This document shows positions 18,551 through 27,902 of a stretch of 64,000 bases of DNA, in pieces. Numbering within the stretch: the stretch's first letter is position 1; every line of letters starts with the position of its first letter. Origin of the DNA: Fluviicola sp. (GTDB lineage: Bacteria > Bacteroidota > Bacteroidia > Flavobacteriales_D > Crocinitomicaceae); the NCBI GenBank assembly GCA_043584915.1, contig CP121319.1:2863228-2927227 (forward strand), written 5' to 3'. A program made the translations under genes and the position numbers. The notes beneath the pieces are model-generated. The model ran no database searches. It had not been told where the DNA came from and saw nothing but the letters and a program-made list of their open reading frames with translations.

Positions 18551-20465
18551 TTTTTGCGTTCGTCAAATGCTCCTTGGTTGCAACATTTAAAACAATGGTG
18601 TCGCTCGCTGTGTAAGAAAGAACAACGCTTTCTGTAAGTGGTGCGTATGGTTCATTAGGCAGTGGCGCTTCATTGTCAGAATTTATCGTTAACAATGCAG
18701 TTGCGTACAATTTGGGGTACATTTCGTGCAAGAAAGACTGGTCCAATGAAAGGCGGATTCCTTCGGTTTTTTGTCCCGTTGCCATTGAGCTATTGTAACT
18801 AAATGAAGCATTGTATGTGGGATTGTCCTCGAATAATGTAACGGGTGATCCAACCTCAGTCCAGGTTCCATTCAAATTGATAAATTTCCCACCTTTAAAA
18901 TAAGACTGGTTGTTGACAATTTTATTGCTTATTGAGACTGGATTGATAGCTAATTCGGTGGCTAATAGACCTCCTCCAGGACCAATTGCTGATGGGCTTT
19001 TTATCAAGATGTACGCTTTCGGATCAAAATTTGAGACGAAGGCAGGCAAATAGGCATCATACCATTGAACGAAGTCGTCTGGTGCATTTTTCCAAAGTAC
19101 ATCCACCTGAATATCCTTCCAGTTTTTGGAGAAGACTTCTTCATTTACAATAGAAAAACTGGATCCTTTCACTGGTTGATTGGTGAAAGGGTACATTGGT
19201 TTCTCTGGGTTCAAAGTTCCAAGATCGTTATCCAATTCTAGCGTTCTTATTCCTGACACATGAACGTCAATAGCAATGGTGTTTACTTTTTTAATAAACT
19301 CTTTGTAAACGGCTAGTCCAGTTGCTGTATTGGTATTTAATTTGAAACGGAACACAGGCTCGTTTGCCTCGATGTTGAGTTGGTGTAAATCTTCATTGTA
19401 CACTGCCGTCGCGTCCAAAGTATCTGGCAATTCTACCAACATCGTGATGGTGTTCGTAGTCAGATTTACATCTGTGGTAAGCAATTGGTTGCTATTATTA
19501 AAAATATCATAGGTGAAATCCTCCTTCAAAGCCAGGTCTTCTGACCAACCATCAGTCGTTGTATAGTTTGCTGTGATGACATTTTCAAGGTTCGTTCCCG
19601 TTATGGAAGAAATACTTTGTCCAAAAGAAACCTTGAATTGCACATGACGTGTACCTTCTGCTAGGTTCAAAACTTTCGAAGTGACTGCAAATCCAATGTT
19701 AGCATTAGGCAATTCAACGAAAGGATCGTTTACCCGATTGTGGTTATATCCGAATCCGTACCAGGTTGGTTGGTCTTCGGTGAAGGGTTCTTCCAAACCG
19801 TCCAATGTGCGCGCATCATTCGATGCTTTCATATAGTACTGAGGAGTTGTCACCCCTGAGTTTGGATTGGTATAGTCTGGATCGAAATAGAACGATTTGA
19901 AATCAGTCAACTGCGCAGCATTGACAACTGTTTCCTCTGTTAGTTCGTAGAAACGTTGGATGCCATTATTGTCCTTTCCTCCGTTCAAACGGGTGCCTGC
20001 TTCTAACTTCGATTGAACGGCATTCTTTGAAAGTTCAAAAAGTACATTGACTTTATCGTAAGTAGGAGGGAGCTTTTCAATTTGAAGCACTTCCTGGTAA
20101 AAGAAGTCTAAATGTCGTTTGGTAATGCCATTCAATCGATCGCTTGAAAATTCCAACAAGCGAAGGAAACAAATGAACAAGGTTAGGTGTGGTGTTAGTC
20201 GGTCGTTTGCTTCTAAATCGGACAAAAGTGCTTCTGTTGCGGCTTCGTCTTTGAAGAATTCTGTCCAGAATCCGTCTTGGGTAGCGCTTTCTGCATCGAA
20301 AAATTTAACGTGCGATGCAAAATTGTACGCAAAAGCCATCCATTCCTCCAATCCGAAACCGTGAAGTTCTATCGAGGCAGGGTCCAATTTCTTGGAGGTG
20401 CGCCGCAATCGATCGGTTCCGCCCTGAAGCAGAATTTCAGTGATAGTGTTACAGTTGTTACTCAT
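18474..20465 (-). CDS. Baseplate J / gp6-like protein, N-terminal part (638 aa in frame plus a 25-aa out-of-frame tail)
   Basis: The ORF ends in a Cys/Arg/Leu-rich tail after an A6 run (T6 on the + strand, 18550-18555). Removing one A fuses it to 17264-18550, giving about 1,066 aa. Confidence 0.65.
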   Translation of the reverse strand: MSNNCNTITEILLQGGTDRLRRTSKKLDPASIELHGFGLEEWMAFAYNFASHVKFFDAESATQDGFWTEFFKDEAATEALLSDLEANDRLTPHLTLFICFLRLLEFSSDRLNGITKRHLDFFYQEVLQIEKLPPTYDKVNVLFELSKNAVQSKLEAGTRLNGGKDNNGIQRFYELTEETVVNAAQLTDFKSFYFDPDYTNPNSGVTTPQYYMKASNDARTLDGLEEPFTEDQPTWYGFGYNHNRVNDPFVELPNANIGFAVTSKVLNLAEGTRHVQFKVSFGQSISSITGTNLENVITANYTTTDGWSEDLALKEDFTYDIFNNSNQLLTTDVNLTTNTITMLVELPDTLDATAVYNEDLHQLNIEANEPVFRFKLNTNTATGLAVYKEFIKKVNTIAIDVHVSGIRTLELDNDLGTLNPEKPMYPFTNQPVKGSSFSIVNEEVFSKNWKDIQVDVLWKNAPDDFVQWYDAYLPAFVSNFDPKAYILIKSPSAIGPGGGLLATELAINPVSISNKIVNNQSYFKGGKFINLNGTWTEVGSPVTLFEDNPTYNASFSYNSSMATGQKTEGIRLSLDQSFLHEMYPKLYATALLTINSDNEAPLPNEPYAPLTESVVLSYTASDTIVLNVATKEHLTNAKNAFFRCLRICLTPSILAFSLRLYLQ

Positions 20466-20477
20466 TTTTCAGTGTTG

Positions 20478-20888
20478 TTATACGTCAGTACCTTCTCCTC
20501 GATAGAATGGGTACACTAAGTTTCTTCTTGAGTTCGTGGTTCGGATGGTGTAATCAATTTCTATGTTTACATACCCTTCTAGTTCGTTACTTGTATCAAT
20601 ATTGACACGATTTAGATCAATTCTCGGTTCATAGAGTAGAATTGATGTCTCAACCAAGCCGGATATGTAGGTAATTAGACTGAGGTCAATTGAAGAAAAC
20701 AATAGATCGTCAAGGTTGCAGCCAAATTTTGGTTTCATGATGCGCTCTCCGAGTTTGGTTGAGAGAATGATCTCAATGCTTTCATGGATATCTTGTTCTT
20801 CCGAAACCATGTTCACCTCTTTGCGAGATTTTTCAAATGTGGGCGGAAAAGACCATCCTCTTCCTAGAAATGCGTTATTCTGTGCCAT
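20478..20888 (-). CDS. gp25/GPW-like baseplate wedge protein (Afp9-like)
   Basis: GRGWSFPP...ESIEIILSTKLGERIMKPKFGCNLDDLLF is a classic gp25 motif. Confidence 0.85.
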   Translation of the reverse strand: MAQNNAFLGRGWSFPPTFEKSRKEVNMVSEEQDIHESIEIILSTKLGERIMKPKFGCNLDDLLFSSIDLSLITYISGLVETSILLYEPRIDLNRVNIDTSNELEGYVNIEIDYTIRTTNSRRNLVYPFYRGEGTDV

Positions 20889-20898
20889 GTTAAGTTTC

Positions 20899-21192
20899 TT
20901 ATCCTATTAATACTGTGGGTTCTCCTAATACTATCGTCCCGCCGTGCGCTGTGCTGTCTCCCATTCTTGCTGCGGGTTTTCCTCCAATGAAGACCGTTCC
21001 CGATCCTGCGACAATGGAGTCTGGAGGTCCAACGCACGTGGCCATTGCACCTACGGTTGCAGCCGGTTGTCCGCCAATGAAAACGGTAACTTCTCCGGGT
21101 GGTAAAATGGGACCTCCTGCGTGAGGAACAGCGTTCGGTCCTACTTGCGGACAAACATGAAAGTCGTTAATGCGTGCTGCTGGCTGTCCCAT
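20899..21192 (-). CDS. PAAR-domain spike tip protein (Afp10-like)
   Basis: Repeated PAAR-type segments: GQPAARIND, FIGGQPAATVG, FIGGKPAARMGD. Confidence 0.9.
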   Translation of the reverse strand: MGQPAARINDFHVCPQVGPNAVPHAGGPILPPGEVTVFIGGQPAATVGAMATCVGPPDSIVAGSGTVFIGGKPAARMGDSTAHGGTIVLGEPTVLIG

Positions 21193-21194
21193 GG

Positions 21195-22940
21195 TTAGTT
21201 AATTTGTACGATTGATCCCTTTACTACTGCTACTGCTGTTGTGCTTAATTCTGCCCCAGCATTTCCTTCCGCTTTGAATTCTGCACTTGCTGCTGCCGCA
21301 ATATTAATTCCGCTGACGTTGACATCACCGGTAGCTTCTAAGTTCAAATCCTTTCCACTTTTGATCGTAACTCCGTCGCTGTCCATAACAATGGAATTGG
21401 CGTTCTCATCTTCAATGGAAACAGTTCCAGCATCTTCGTCGAGCAGGACTTTTTTACCAGCGGGTGTTTCAATGGTGATCGATTTTTTATCATCGTCGAA
21501 TACCAGTTTCATTTCACTTCGCGTAACAAAACCTTTCTCGTTATTCTCGTCACTTGCTGGAATTGGTGCCGTGTGTAAACTGCTATGTAACTGCCCAAGA
21601 ATAATGGCATCGTTTGGATCTTCATTGATAAATCCAACAATCACTTCATCTTCAATTTCAGGGCGGAATACAGAGCCTCTATTTTCTCCAGCATCTAATG
21701 TTGCCAGTCGACACCATATACCTTGTTCTTCGCTACTAATAATGGGAAGTTTCACCAAAATGCGTTCGGCTCCTTCAGGATCGTCTTGCAATTGCGTAAC
21801 AATTCCAATGTGCAAACCTTTGATTGCTGGAAGTAGTCCTGCCGCAGGGCATGTATTGATTTCGTACGTTTCTGAAAACCATTTTGGATTCAAGCCAAAC
21901 TGTGCATCTACTAGCCAATTTCCATCAGCGATGGTGTGTCGCACTCCTGAGAGATATGCCGGACCGTTGAATCGATCTCCCATTCCTTCAAGTAAGAGGA
22001 TGGTGTCTGGCTTCGCTTGTGGAATTCCTTGAAACTTCACACGACCTCGAACCTTTGACATTTGCTGATACAGCAGTGTCGCATCCGCCCAATTTTGCAA
22101 TTCAATATCGTTCAAGCTACCACCGTGGCGTAATTCGAGGTTTTCCAATCCTACAACGTTTGCAAGATCACTCGATGATACATTTCCATTTAATGATACA
22201 CTCGGGTTTTCTGCTGCTGCCTCAATTAATTCCAAATCGTCTTTATTCCAGCTATAGGAAGTCACTGCATTGAATTGATTTCGAGCATCCATTTCTGCGT
22301 CAAAGTCGAAGAGGGTAGAGCCAAAAGCAACGGTTTCAATTTCTTCTTGATCCAGTGTTGGCGCTTTAATAGAAATCATTCCGTCGTTTACAAAACAAAG
22401 TTTTCCATTTGCCTGAGCTCTTGAGACGATGAAGTCCCAATCGGAACTGTTGTATTGCACAAGCTCTGGGTGCTCGTAGTTGGTAGTTTCTATATCGTAT
22501 TTGATGCCGTATTCGTCCAAAATTTGTTCAAAAACATCGCTATCGCTTAATTCAGTGTAGTATCTAGACTTTCGTCCGATGGTAGTCTTTACCAATTCAT
22601 CTTTACACTCAAGTGTAAGTATGGAGGCTCCGCTTCTGAGCTTTATATTGTGCTTTACGATAATTCCCTTGAAAATTTGCTCTTCATCTGAATGGTAACC
22701 AGCATTTACCTGGATTTCATTTCCAGGAACAAATAGCTCCCCACTACTCAACTCAAAATCTTGCAGAGCAGCATCGCCGTCGCGAAGAATAATAGTTGCA
22801 ACAGGTATTCTATTTACTACGCGATCTACTACTATACTCACCAAACGGATGGCTCCAGAAATTTCATCCCCATTGATTAAAACTGAATGGGTTATGAGAT
22901 CCTTTGACTTTTCTGTTTGTATTACACCGCTATTGTTCAT
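21195..22940 (-). CDS. VgrG/gp27-gp5-like spike protein (Afp8-like, 581 aa)
   Basis: gp5 OB-fold/VgrG motif (RPEIEDEVIVGFINEDPNDAIILGQLHSS) and C-terminal beta-helix-like repeats. Confidence 0.85.
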   Translation of the reverse strand: MNNSGVIQTEKSKDLITHSVLINGDEISGAIRLVSIVVDRVVNRIPVATIILRDGDAALQDFELSSGELFVPGNEIQVNAGYHSDEEQIFKGIIVKHNIKLRSGASILTLECKDELVKTTIGRKSRYYTELSDSDVFEQILDEYGIKYDIETTNYEHPELVQYNSSDWDFIVSRAQANGKLCFVNDGMISIKAPTLDQEEIETVAFGSTLFDFDAEMDARNQFNAVTSYSWNKDDLELIEAAAENPSVSLNGNVSSSDLANVVGLENLELRHGGSLNDIELQNWADATLLYQQMSKVRGRVKFQGIPQAKPDTILLLEGMGDRFNGPAYLSGVRHTIADGNWLVDAQFGLNPKWFSETYEINTCPAAGLLPAIKGLHIGIVTQLQDDPEGAERILVKLPIISSEEQGIWCRLATLDAGENRGSVFRPEIEDEVIVGFINEDPNDAIILGQLHSSLHTAPIPASDENNEKGFVTRSEMKLVFDDDKKSITIETPAGKKVLLDEDAGTVSIEDENANSIVMDSDGVTIKSGKDLNLEATGDVNVSGINIAAAASAEFKAEGNAGAELSTTAVAVVKGSIVQIN

Positions 22941-22942
22941 AA

Positions 22943-23638
22943 TCAGCTCAATTTTTCAATTGGAGGAAAGTTTATTCGCTGTCCAGGAGTTAACTTTCTA
23001 AAATTTGTGATGCCATTTGCTTTGGCTACTTCTAAATAATATTTTGGGTTTCCATAAATCCTATTACACATATTAGTGAGGGTCTCTCCATCTTTCACTT
23101 GTCGAATATGCGTAAGGTCGGGTGATGTTTTTTTCTCTTCGGCCGCTCTGCGATTTTCATCAACTGCATAAACGAACTTGGCGGATGCCGTGACTCTTAT
23201 GGGTTTTCCGTTTGAATCAAAGATTTTGTACTCGTAATTTAGGTCTGTCAGAATTCCCTTGAAATCCAAATCACCCCATAATATCTGGACGTGTCGTGAT
23301 TTGTGATGATCACCGTCAAATTTATAAACAACGTCTTCAAAACGCTTGATCTCTTCCTTTATGGAATCTTCTCCGGAGAAATTTTTCTTTGGATTCGAGA
23401 TTACTCCTGTCCTGTCAAACAATAGAGGAATTGTAATGTCAGGAGATACAATTCTTGCAAACTTCGGATTATCACCAGATGTTCCCAAGGCTTCTTGATG
23501 ATAATAGGCCACTTTTTTTCCAATTGAGTACTTCTCTGGATTCACGTACGTTTCGTACATAGCATCTGGAATTGTTTCACTAAAAGTTGTATCTGTAAAC
23601 CCTTGAATTCTCAACTTTATAAGTTCTCCTGTTTTCAT
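22943..23638 (-). CDS. LysM-containing tube initiator / baseplate hub protein (Afp7-like)
   Basis: C-terminal LysM domain (HIRQVKDGETLTNMCNRIYGNPKYYLEVAKANGITNFRKLTPGQRINFP). Confidence 0.75.
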   Translation of the reverse strand: MKTGELIKLRIQGFTDTTFSETIPDAMYETYVNPEKYSIGKKVAYYHQEALGTSGDNPKFARIVSPDITIPLLFDRTGVISNPKKNFSGEDSIKEEIKRFEDVVYKFDGDHHKSRHVQILWGDLDFKGILTDLNYEYKIFDSNGKPIRVTASAKFVYAVDENRRAAEEKKTSPDLTHIRQVKDGETLTNMCNRIYGNPKYYLEVAKANGITNFRKLTPGQRINFPPIEKLS

Positions 23639-23639
23639 A

Positions 23640-23792
23640 CTAACGTTCGTCTTTATCGTTCAATAATTTTGTCATTTGGTCCATACAATCTTGAACCATT
23701 GACCCTGCATTAGGAGTTGCTTCGCTGGAAGCTGCCTTGTCTCCTTCACTCACATTAATCTTAATGTGCATTTCTTTAATTTCTATAGGCAT
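23640..23792 (-). CDS. Small conserved-position eCIS ORF (50 aa), not in the supplied track
   Basis: ATG at 23792 and TAG at 23640-23642 (MPIEIKEMHIKINVSEGDKAASSEATPNAGSMVQDCMDQMTKLLNDKDER). It exactly fills the tube-LysM gap, ending 1 nt before the next ATG. Confidence 0.45.
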   Translation of the reverse strand: MPIEIKEMHIKINVSEGDKAASSEATPNAGSMVQDCMDQMTKLLNDKDER

Positions 23793-23805
23793 GGTCTAAG
23801 TCTTA

Positions 23806-24345
23806 TCAGAAAATATTTTTAACGTCTACGCTTAAATCATCTGCATTCAGCACTCTGAAAGTGTTGTACTTTAATTCGAGTGATTCAATAACAATTTTGC
23901 TTTCTTCGGCATTGAAAGATCCAACACTCCATTTTACTGGGATCGCATGACTAACTTGCCAAGCATGGACAGGTATACCCGCGGGTCCCATTAATATGAT
24001 CGTTAAATCAGCAGGAGAAAAGCTAAAGTTTTCCGTTGCATCATGAATCCAACGCGTTACCGCAGAACTTGGTGCCAACCCACGGGTTAGCACCAAGTTT
24101 GGGTATTTTGTTCTAACGGGTAGGGTATGCTTAAAACTGTTCTCTCCACCTTCAGCATATTCTTCTGTTTCAATGTCTACAGACAAGCCTGAAACAGATT
24201 GAAACATGGTATCATAGGTTGAGTTTTGCACTTTCCCAGCCACAGCGGCAGTGTTCAAAGTGCCATCACTATTCTTTAGGTCAGCTTCTAGGTCAAAATA
24301 GACAACAAAGCTGTATCCCATAGGGAGAAATCGTTCTGGTAGCAT
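23806..24345 (-). CDS. Contractile tail tube protein (gp19/Afp1/5-like)
   Basis: N-terminus MLPERFLPMGYSFVVYFD and the ~180-aa size are typical. Sits directly downstream of the sheath gene. Confidence 0.8.
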   Translation of the reverse strand: MLPERFLPMGYSFVVYFDLEADLKNSDGTLNTAAVAGKVQNSTYDTMFQSVSGLSVDIETEEYAEGGENSFKHTLPVRTKYPNLVLTRGLAPSSAVTRWIHDATENFSFSPADLTIILMGPAGIPVHAWQVSHAIPVKWSVGSFNAEESKIVIESLELKYNTFRVLNADDLSVDVKNIF

Positions 24346-24350
24346 ACTTT

Positions 24351-25937
24351 TTATCCTTCGTTACGTACTATATTGAAGAAACGACGAACGTTGATGTAAC
24401 GCCATTCGTTATCGTTACCAGCCAATGTTCTAGCTCCCCAAACGAGTGTTCCTTTTCCAGTAAATGTTCTGATCGCGTTGACCGACTTCCCTGATGAAGT
24501 CACGTTCATGTCTTCCTGGTCTTCGTTTGAAATACGAACCGTTGGTTGTTGCACGTACTGAACCGTCACGTTCGCAGGTGCTTTCCAAACTCCAACTGCG
24601 TTATCTACACGAGCGTAAATTCCTGCCATCGCTGATGATGGAGGTAATGTTACAGGGAAATCTGAGATGGCAGCTTTGATGCGATTGTAGAGTGCATTGT
24701 CTGTGCTTTCAAGCAAATCTAAAGTAGATACAAAAGAAGTGTTTGAAACGGCTCCGACTAAGGCTGATACCTGTGTCGTGTTTGCCACGTCAATATCATT
24801 TAACAAAGTATAGTTTACAGTAGTCGGTGCATCACCTTGATTTCCGCCAAGAACTCCATAAACATTTGTGGAGTTTTGATCTAAGTTATTGATTACTGTT
24901 GTTTTCGACGTTGTTGAATTCAGAGTGTCCATGATGGATTCTAAATCATCAATTGCTCCGTCAAGTGTACCAGTAACAACTGATGTCAGTGCATCGGCCT
25001 GAGATGAAGCACCAGAATCGGTAGCAATTGTTGCCATGTTTTCATAATCTTCCTTAACCCCTGCTAAATAATCCAAAATTCCTTGAACTTGATTCCTAAC
25101 TGCAGCTAAGTTATCGGAAGATACTGGGTTACTTCCGCCACTGATTGTTGAATAGGTTCCATTCAAACTAGAAATTAGACCAGCAATGGGCACAAGAGTA
25201 AGAGCATTTGATATTGACGTTACTGTTTCTTCCGAATCGTCCAAGGCAGGGCTCTGCACTGAAACTTCGGTGTCACGGTATAGATAGTCTAATATAGTAT
25301 CCAGGAATGGATAGTAAGTGGCCCCATAACGCAAGTTATCCACTCCAATTCCATTTCTAAAATCGTCTATTGCTGAAAGTCCATCTCCTTTGGTGTCAAA
25401 AATTGCAAATCGATCTTGCAACTCAGCGCATTGTGTTAAGGCGCTTTGGTTAATAGCATTGAAATCGGACGATGATAAGGCCTGAGAATCTGGGAGAAGA
25501 AGCAAGGTTGGCTCATCTTCTTTACGAATTGCTGCCAGTCCACCTTCCAAACCTGAAGTTGAGTCTCCAATTGAAATGGCATCAGAATAAGAGCCAACAG
25601 ATGTTACATAACAAGGACCTCCACCATTTGCAAAATACATTTGCATAGAGTAGTACATTTTGTAATCTGACGGTGACGAATTGGAAACTATAATTTTTCC
25701 ATCAGATGTTACTTCTACGTTAATTTCAGTTTCATCCTCAGCAAATCCGAAATACGTTTCGTAATCTAACATTGAACTGATACGCTTTGGTACCATGGTT
25801 AAATCTCCGTCGGAGAGTTCTGTAGCCTTTTCCGTGTAGCCTATGAAGGCTGGAATGGCTGTTGCTACAGGTGCTACCGAAGGAGGGAATTTAGAAATCT
25901 CCTGAACGTAAACACCTGGTGTTTTAAGTGTTGCCAT
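24351..25937 (-). CDS. Contractile tail sheath protein (Afp2-4-like)
   Basis: N-terminus MATLKTPGVYVQEISKFPPSVAPVATAIPAFIGYTEKA and C-terminal GTLVWGARTL are sheath signatures. Confidence 0.9.
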   Translation of the reverse strand: MATLKTPGVYVQEISKFPPSVAPVATAIPAFIGYTEKATELSDGDLTMVPKRISSMLDYETYFGFAEDETEINVEVTSDGKIIVSNSSPSDYKMYYSMQMYFANGGGPCYVTSVGSYSDAISIGDSTSGLEGGLAAIRKEDEPTLLLLPDSQALSSSDFNAINQSALTQCAELQDRFAIFDTKGDGLSAIDDFRNGIGVDNLRYGATYYPFLDTILDYLYRDTEVSVQSPALDDSEETVTSISNALTLVPIAGLISSLNGTYSTISGGSNPVSSDNLAAVRNQVQGILDYLAGVKEDYENMATIATDSGASSQADALTSVVTGTLDGAIDDLESIMDTLNSTTSKTTVINNLDQNSTNVYGVLGGNQGDAPTTVNYTLLNDIDVANTTQVSALVGAVSNTSFVSTLDLLESTDNALYNRIKAAISDFPVTLPPSSAMAGIYARVDNAVGVWKAPANVTVQYVQQPTVRISNEDQEDMNVTSSGKSVNAIRTFTGKGTLVWGARTLAGNDNEWRYINVRRFFNIVRNEG

Positions 25938-25962
25938 AATTGTGGTTATTGATTTTTATTTG

Positions 25963-26907
25963 TTAACTTTTTATATATACATCTGAGTAAAATTCTTCTT
26001 CAACGGAATCCCAAACCAAAAGCTTTGCATCGGGGTTTGGATATTTCACGGTTACAGTTGTAGTGCTGTTACCATTGCCCGTTGGTACTTCAATATCATT
26101 GGTGATTTTGATGTATCCGTTTTCTGTTAGTGGCTTTTTGTCGGATGTTTCATAAATAACTGAGCTATCACTTACATCTCGGAAACGCCAAATTGTCTTG
26201 CGGTTTTTTAGAAAGAGGTCCAACTCGGGCAAGGTCTCGTTGAACTTTGTGTTATCACCTGCATCAACCAATTGCATTTCTGTCGGTTCGCCTTCCAAAT
26301 AAATGCGAATCACGCCGAACTTATTGCGTAATTCTCTCGGTTGAATGTCTTTCAACAGGTTAATGTTGATGTCTGTTCCAGCAGTTTGCGTTTCATATTC
26401 CGAAAGCCGACTGTAATTTACCGTTACGGGTTCAGGTTCGCCTTCGCTGCTTGGGGTATATGCGGTTGGATCCAGATTGGACAAATAAATCAATCCATTT
26501 TTATCCCATTCGATGTGCGTATAATTTTCAAAGAATTGATCCGTAATTTCGATAGTGAAATCCAAATAAAAGTTCGCATCGAAAGCAAAGAAAGGTTTGT
26601 TCCAGGGAATTGGATCTGGCAGTGGGTCAGGCAAAGGATTCGGAATTGGAATTTGCTTCATTGCAACTTTGAATCCATCCTTATAGGGTTTAAAAATACC
26701 GCTGTAATCTTTTAGTATTTTCTCGGTTCTTTCGGTAGGCCGAATTGACATGAAGTTTTCAAGATTGTATTTCAATCGGTTATTGTCAAAACGCTTCTGA
26801 TGATCGCTCGTTCCATTTTCCTCATAAGCATTGTTATCCTCATTCAAAAAGTATCGATGTAAAATTCGTATATCGAAAAGAGTTCTATAGCTGTTCTGCA
26901 ATCCCAT
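25963..26907 (-). CDS. eCIS-associated hypothetical protein (314 aa)
   Basis: Intact ORF between the DUF4255 and sheath genes. Contains a Pro-rich segment (PIPNPLPDPLPDPIPW). No domain recognised. Confidence 0.5.
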   Translation of the reverse strand: MGLQNSYRTLFDIRILHRYFLNEDNNAYEENGTSDHQKRFDNNRLKYNLENFMSIRPTERTEKILKDYSGIFKPYKDGFKVAMKQIPIPNPLPDPLPDPIPWNKPFFAFDANFYLDFTIEITDQFFENYTHIEWDKNGLIYLSNLDPTAYTPSSEGEPEPVTVNYSRLSEYETQTAGTDININLLKDIQPRELRNKFGVIRIYLEGEPTEMQLVDAGDNTKFNETLPELDLFLKNRKTIWRFRDVSDSSVIYETSDKKPLTENGYIKITNDIEVPTGNGNSTTTVTVKYPNPDAKLLVWDSVEEEFYSDVYIKS

Positions 26908-26908
26908 T

Positions 26909-27493
26909 TTACAATTGATTTATTGTTTGATCTGTTTCTGTGATAATGCCTCCTTGTGATTGAACATCCTCGCTTTCAATTTGAATTACGCTTACTTTGT
27001 AAACTGCCGACGGTCGCTGTTTTCCACCCAAACTTCCCCAGATATAACTTTGTTCCTCAAAAGTTGGAGTGTACAATTCCACATGAAATTTGAAGTTGTC
27101 AAGCGAACTCAAGGGGTTCATTTCATTGGTGGAATGATTGTATATCGAATTCGATTGCGTGAATACCTTTTTCCCTTGAAAGAACTCTACTATTCCCGAT
27201 AGATCAGCAAGCTCCTCATCATAGGAACCAATTCCACGATTGACAGAGAACAGAATGTAGAGATTCAAGTTAATCACTGGCTGTTTTACTTGGGTGACAT
27301 TTCCGACATTGCGGATATTCTTGAAATTCTTCATGGTGTTTTCTTCACTCATGTTGATGAGTGTAAGAAGAATAGTGTCCTCAATTGCACCGTTGTTAGA
27401 TTCATCAAGTAGCGCAATATTCCCTAAAGTAACCTCCTTGTCGAGGTAGTCTTCTACTTGTAACGCGATTACTTGTAATACTTCAAATAGCAT
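26909..27493 (-). CDS. DUF4255 / Pvc16-Afp16-like tail terminator (cap) protein
   Basis: N-terminus MLFEVLQVIALQVEDYLDK and the ~190-aa size. It is the first gene of the operon, as is common in Bacteroidota eCIS loci. Confidence 0.65.
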   Translation of the reverse strand: MLFEVLQVIALQVEDYLDKEVTLGNIALLDESNNGAIEDTILLTLINMSEENTMKNFKNIRNVGNVTQVKQPVINLNLYILFSVNRGIGSYDEELADLSGIVEFFQGKKVFTQSNSIYNHSTNEMNPLSSLDNFKFHVELYTPTFEEQSYIWGSLGGKQRPSAVYKVSVIQIESEDVQSQGGIITETDQTINQL

Positions 27494-27672
27494 TTTTCAG
27501 TGTATGGTGTTTGTTATTAAACCACCGAAAAAAGCACAAGGAGTCATGGTTGCCGAAGCGACGATTTTAAGTCCAAAATGTTAACTCTATTTCTAGTGGC
27601 AGATCAGTTACAACGATCAGCATCATTGTTTGTCTTGATGTAAAACTATAGTCCTTATTTCGATTTTCCAAC

Positions 27673-27683
27673 CGTATATGTGC
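27673..27683. promoter_or_regulatory. Upstream motif copy 1 (cgtatatgtgc)
   Basis: Core shared with 27695-27705 and 27746-27756. Lies 180 nt upstream of the eCIS operon start. Confidence 0.45.
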
Positions 27684-27689
27684 TTAAAA

Positions 27690-27706
27690 GATTGCGTATA
27701 TGTGCG
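27690..27706. promoter_or_regulatory. Upstream motif copy 2 (gattgcgtatatgtgcg)
   Basis: Perfect 17-mer repeated at 27741-27757 (51-bp spacing). Confidence 0.55.
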
Positions 27707-27740
27707 CATTTTTTCTAAAAAAAAATTAATTCCAAATTAT

Positions 27741-27757
27741 GATTGCGTATATGTGCG
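27741..27757. promoter_or_regulatory. Upstream motif copy 3 (gattgcgtatatgtgcg)
   Basis: Perfect direct repeat of 27690-27706, in the eCIS/comM divergent intergenic region. Confidence 0.55.
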
Positions 27758-27902
27758 TAATCTTTTTGTTAAAATTCACATCGAGTGATTTTCTAGAACA
27801 TCGATCTCAAGTAATATTTTTTTGTAACTTATTATAAGAGCTTGTGGTGAATCACATTTTTTCGATTCGAACAAGTAATTAAATAACCTAACCAATAATT
27901 AC

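Noticed and set aside
21241-22032. 263-aa + strand ORF
   Set aside because: It is antisense to the well-supported VgrG gene, and its Ser/Pro/Ala-rich composition is typical of shadow ORFs.
9099-27493. Prophage or canonical T6SS interpretation of the contractile-tail genes
   Set aside because: There are no capsid, portal, terminase, integrase or lysis genes, and no TssJ/L/M, TssK or ClpV. A DUF4255 cap, a tape-measure-like protein, an AAA+ ATPase and a DUF4157 toxin fit an eCIS.
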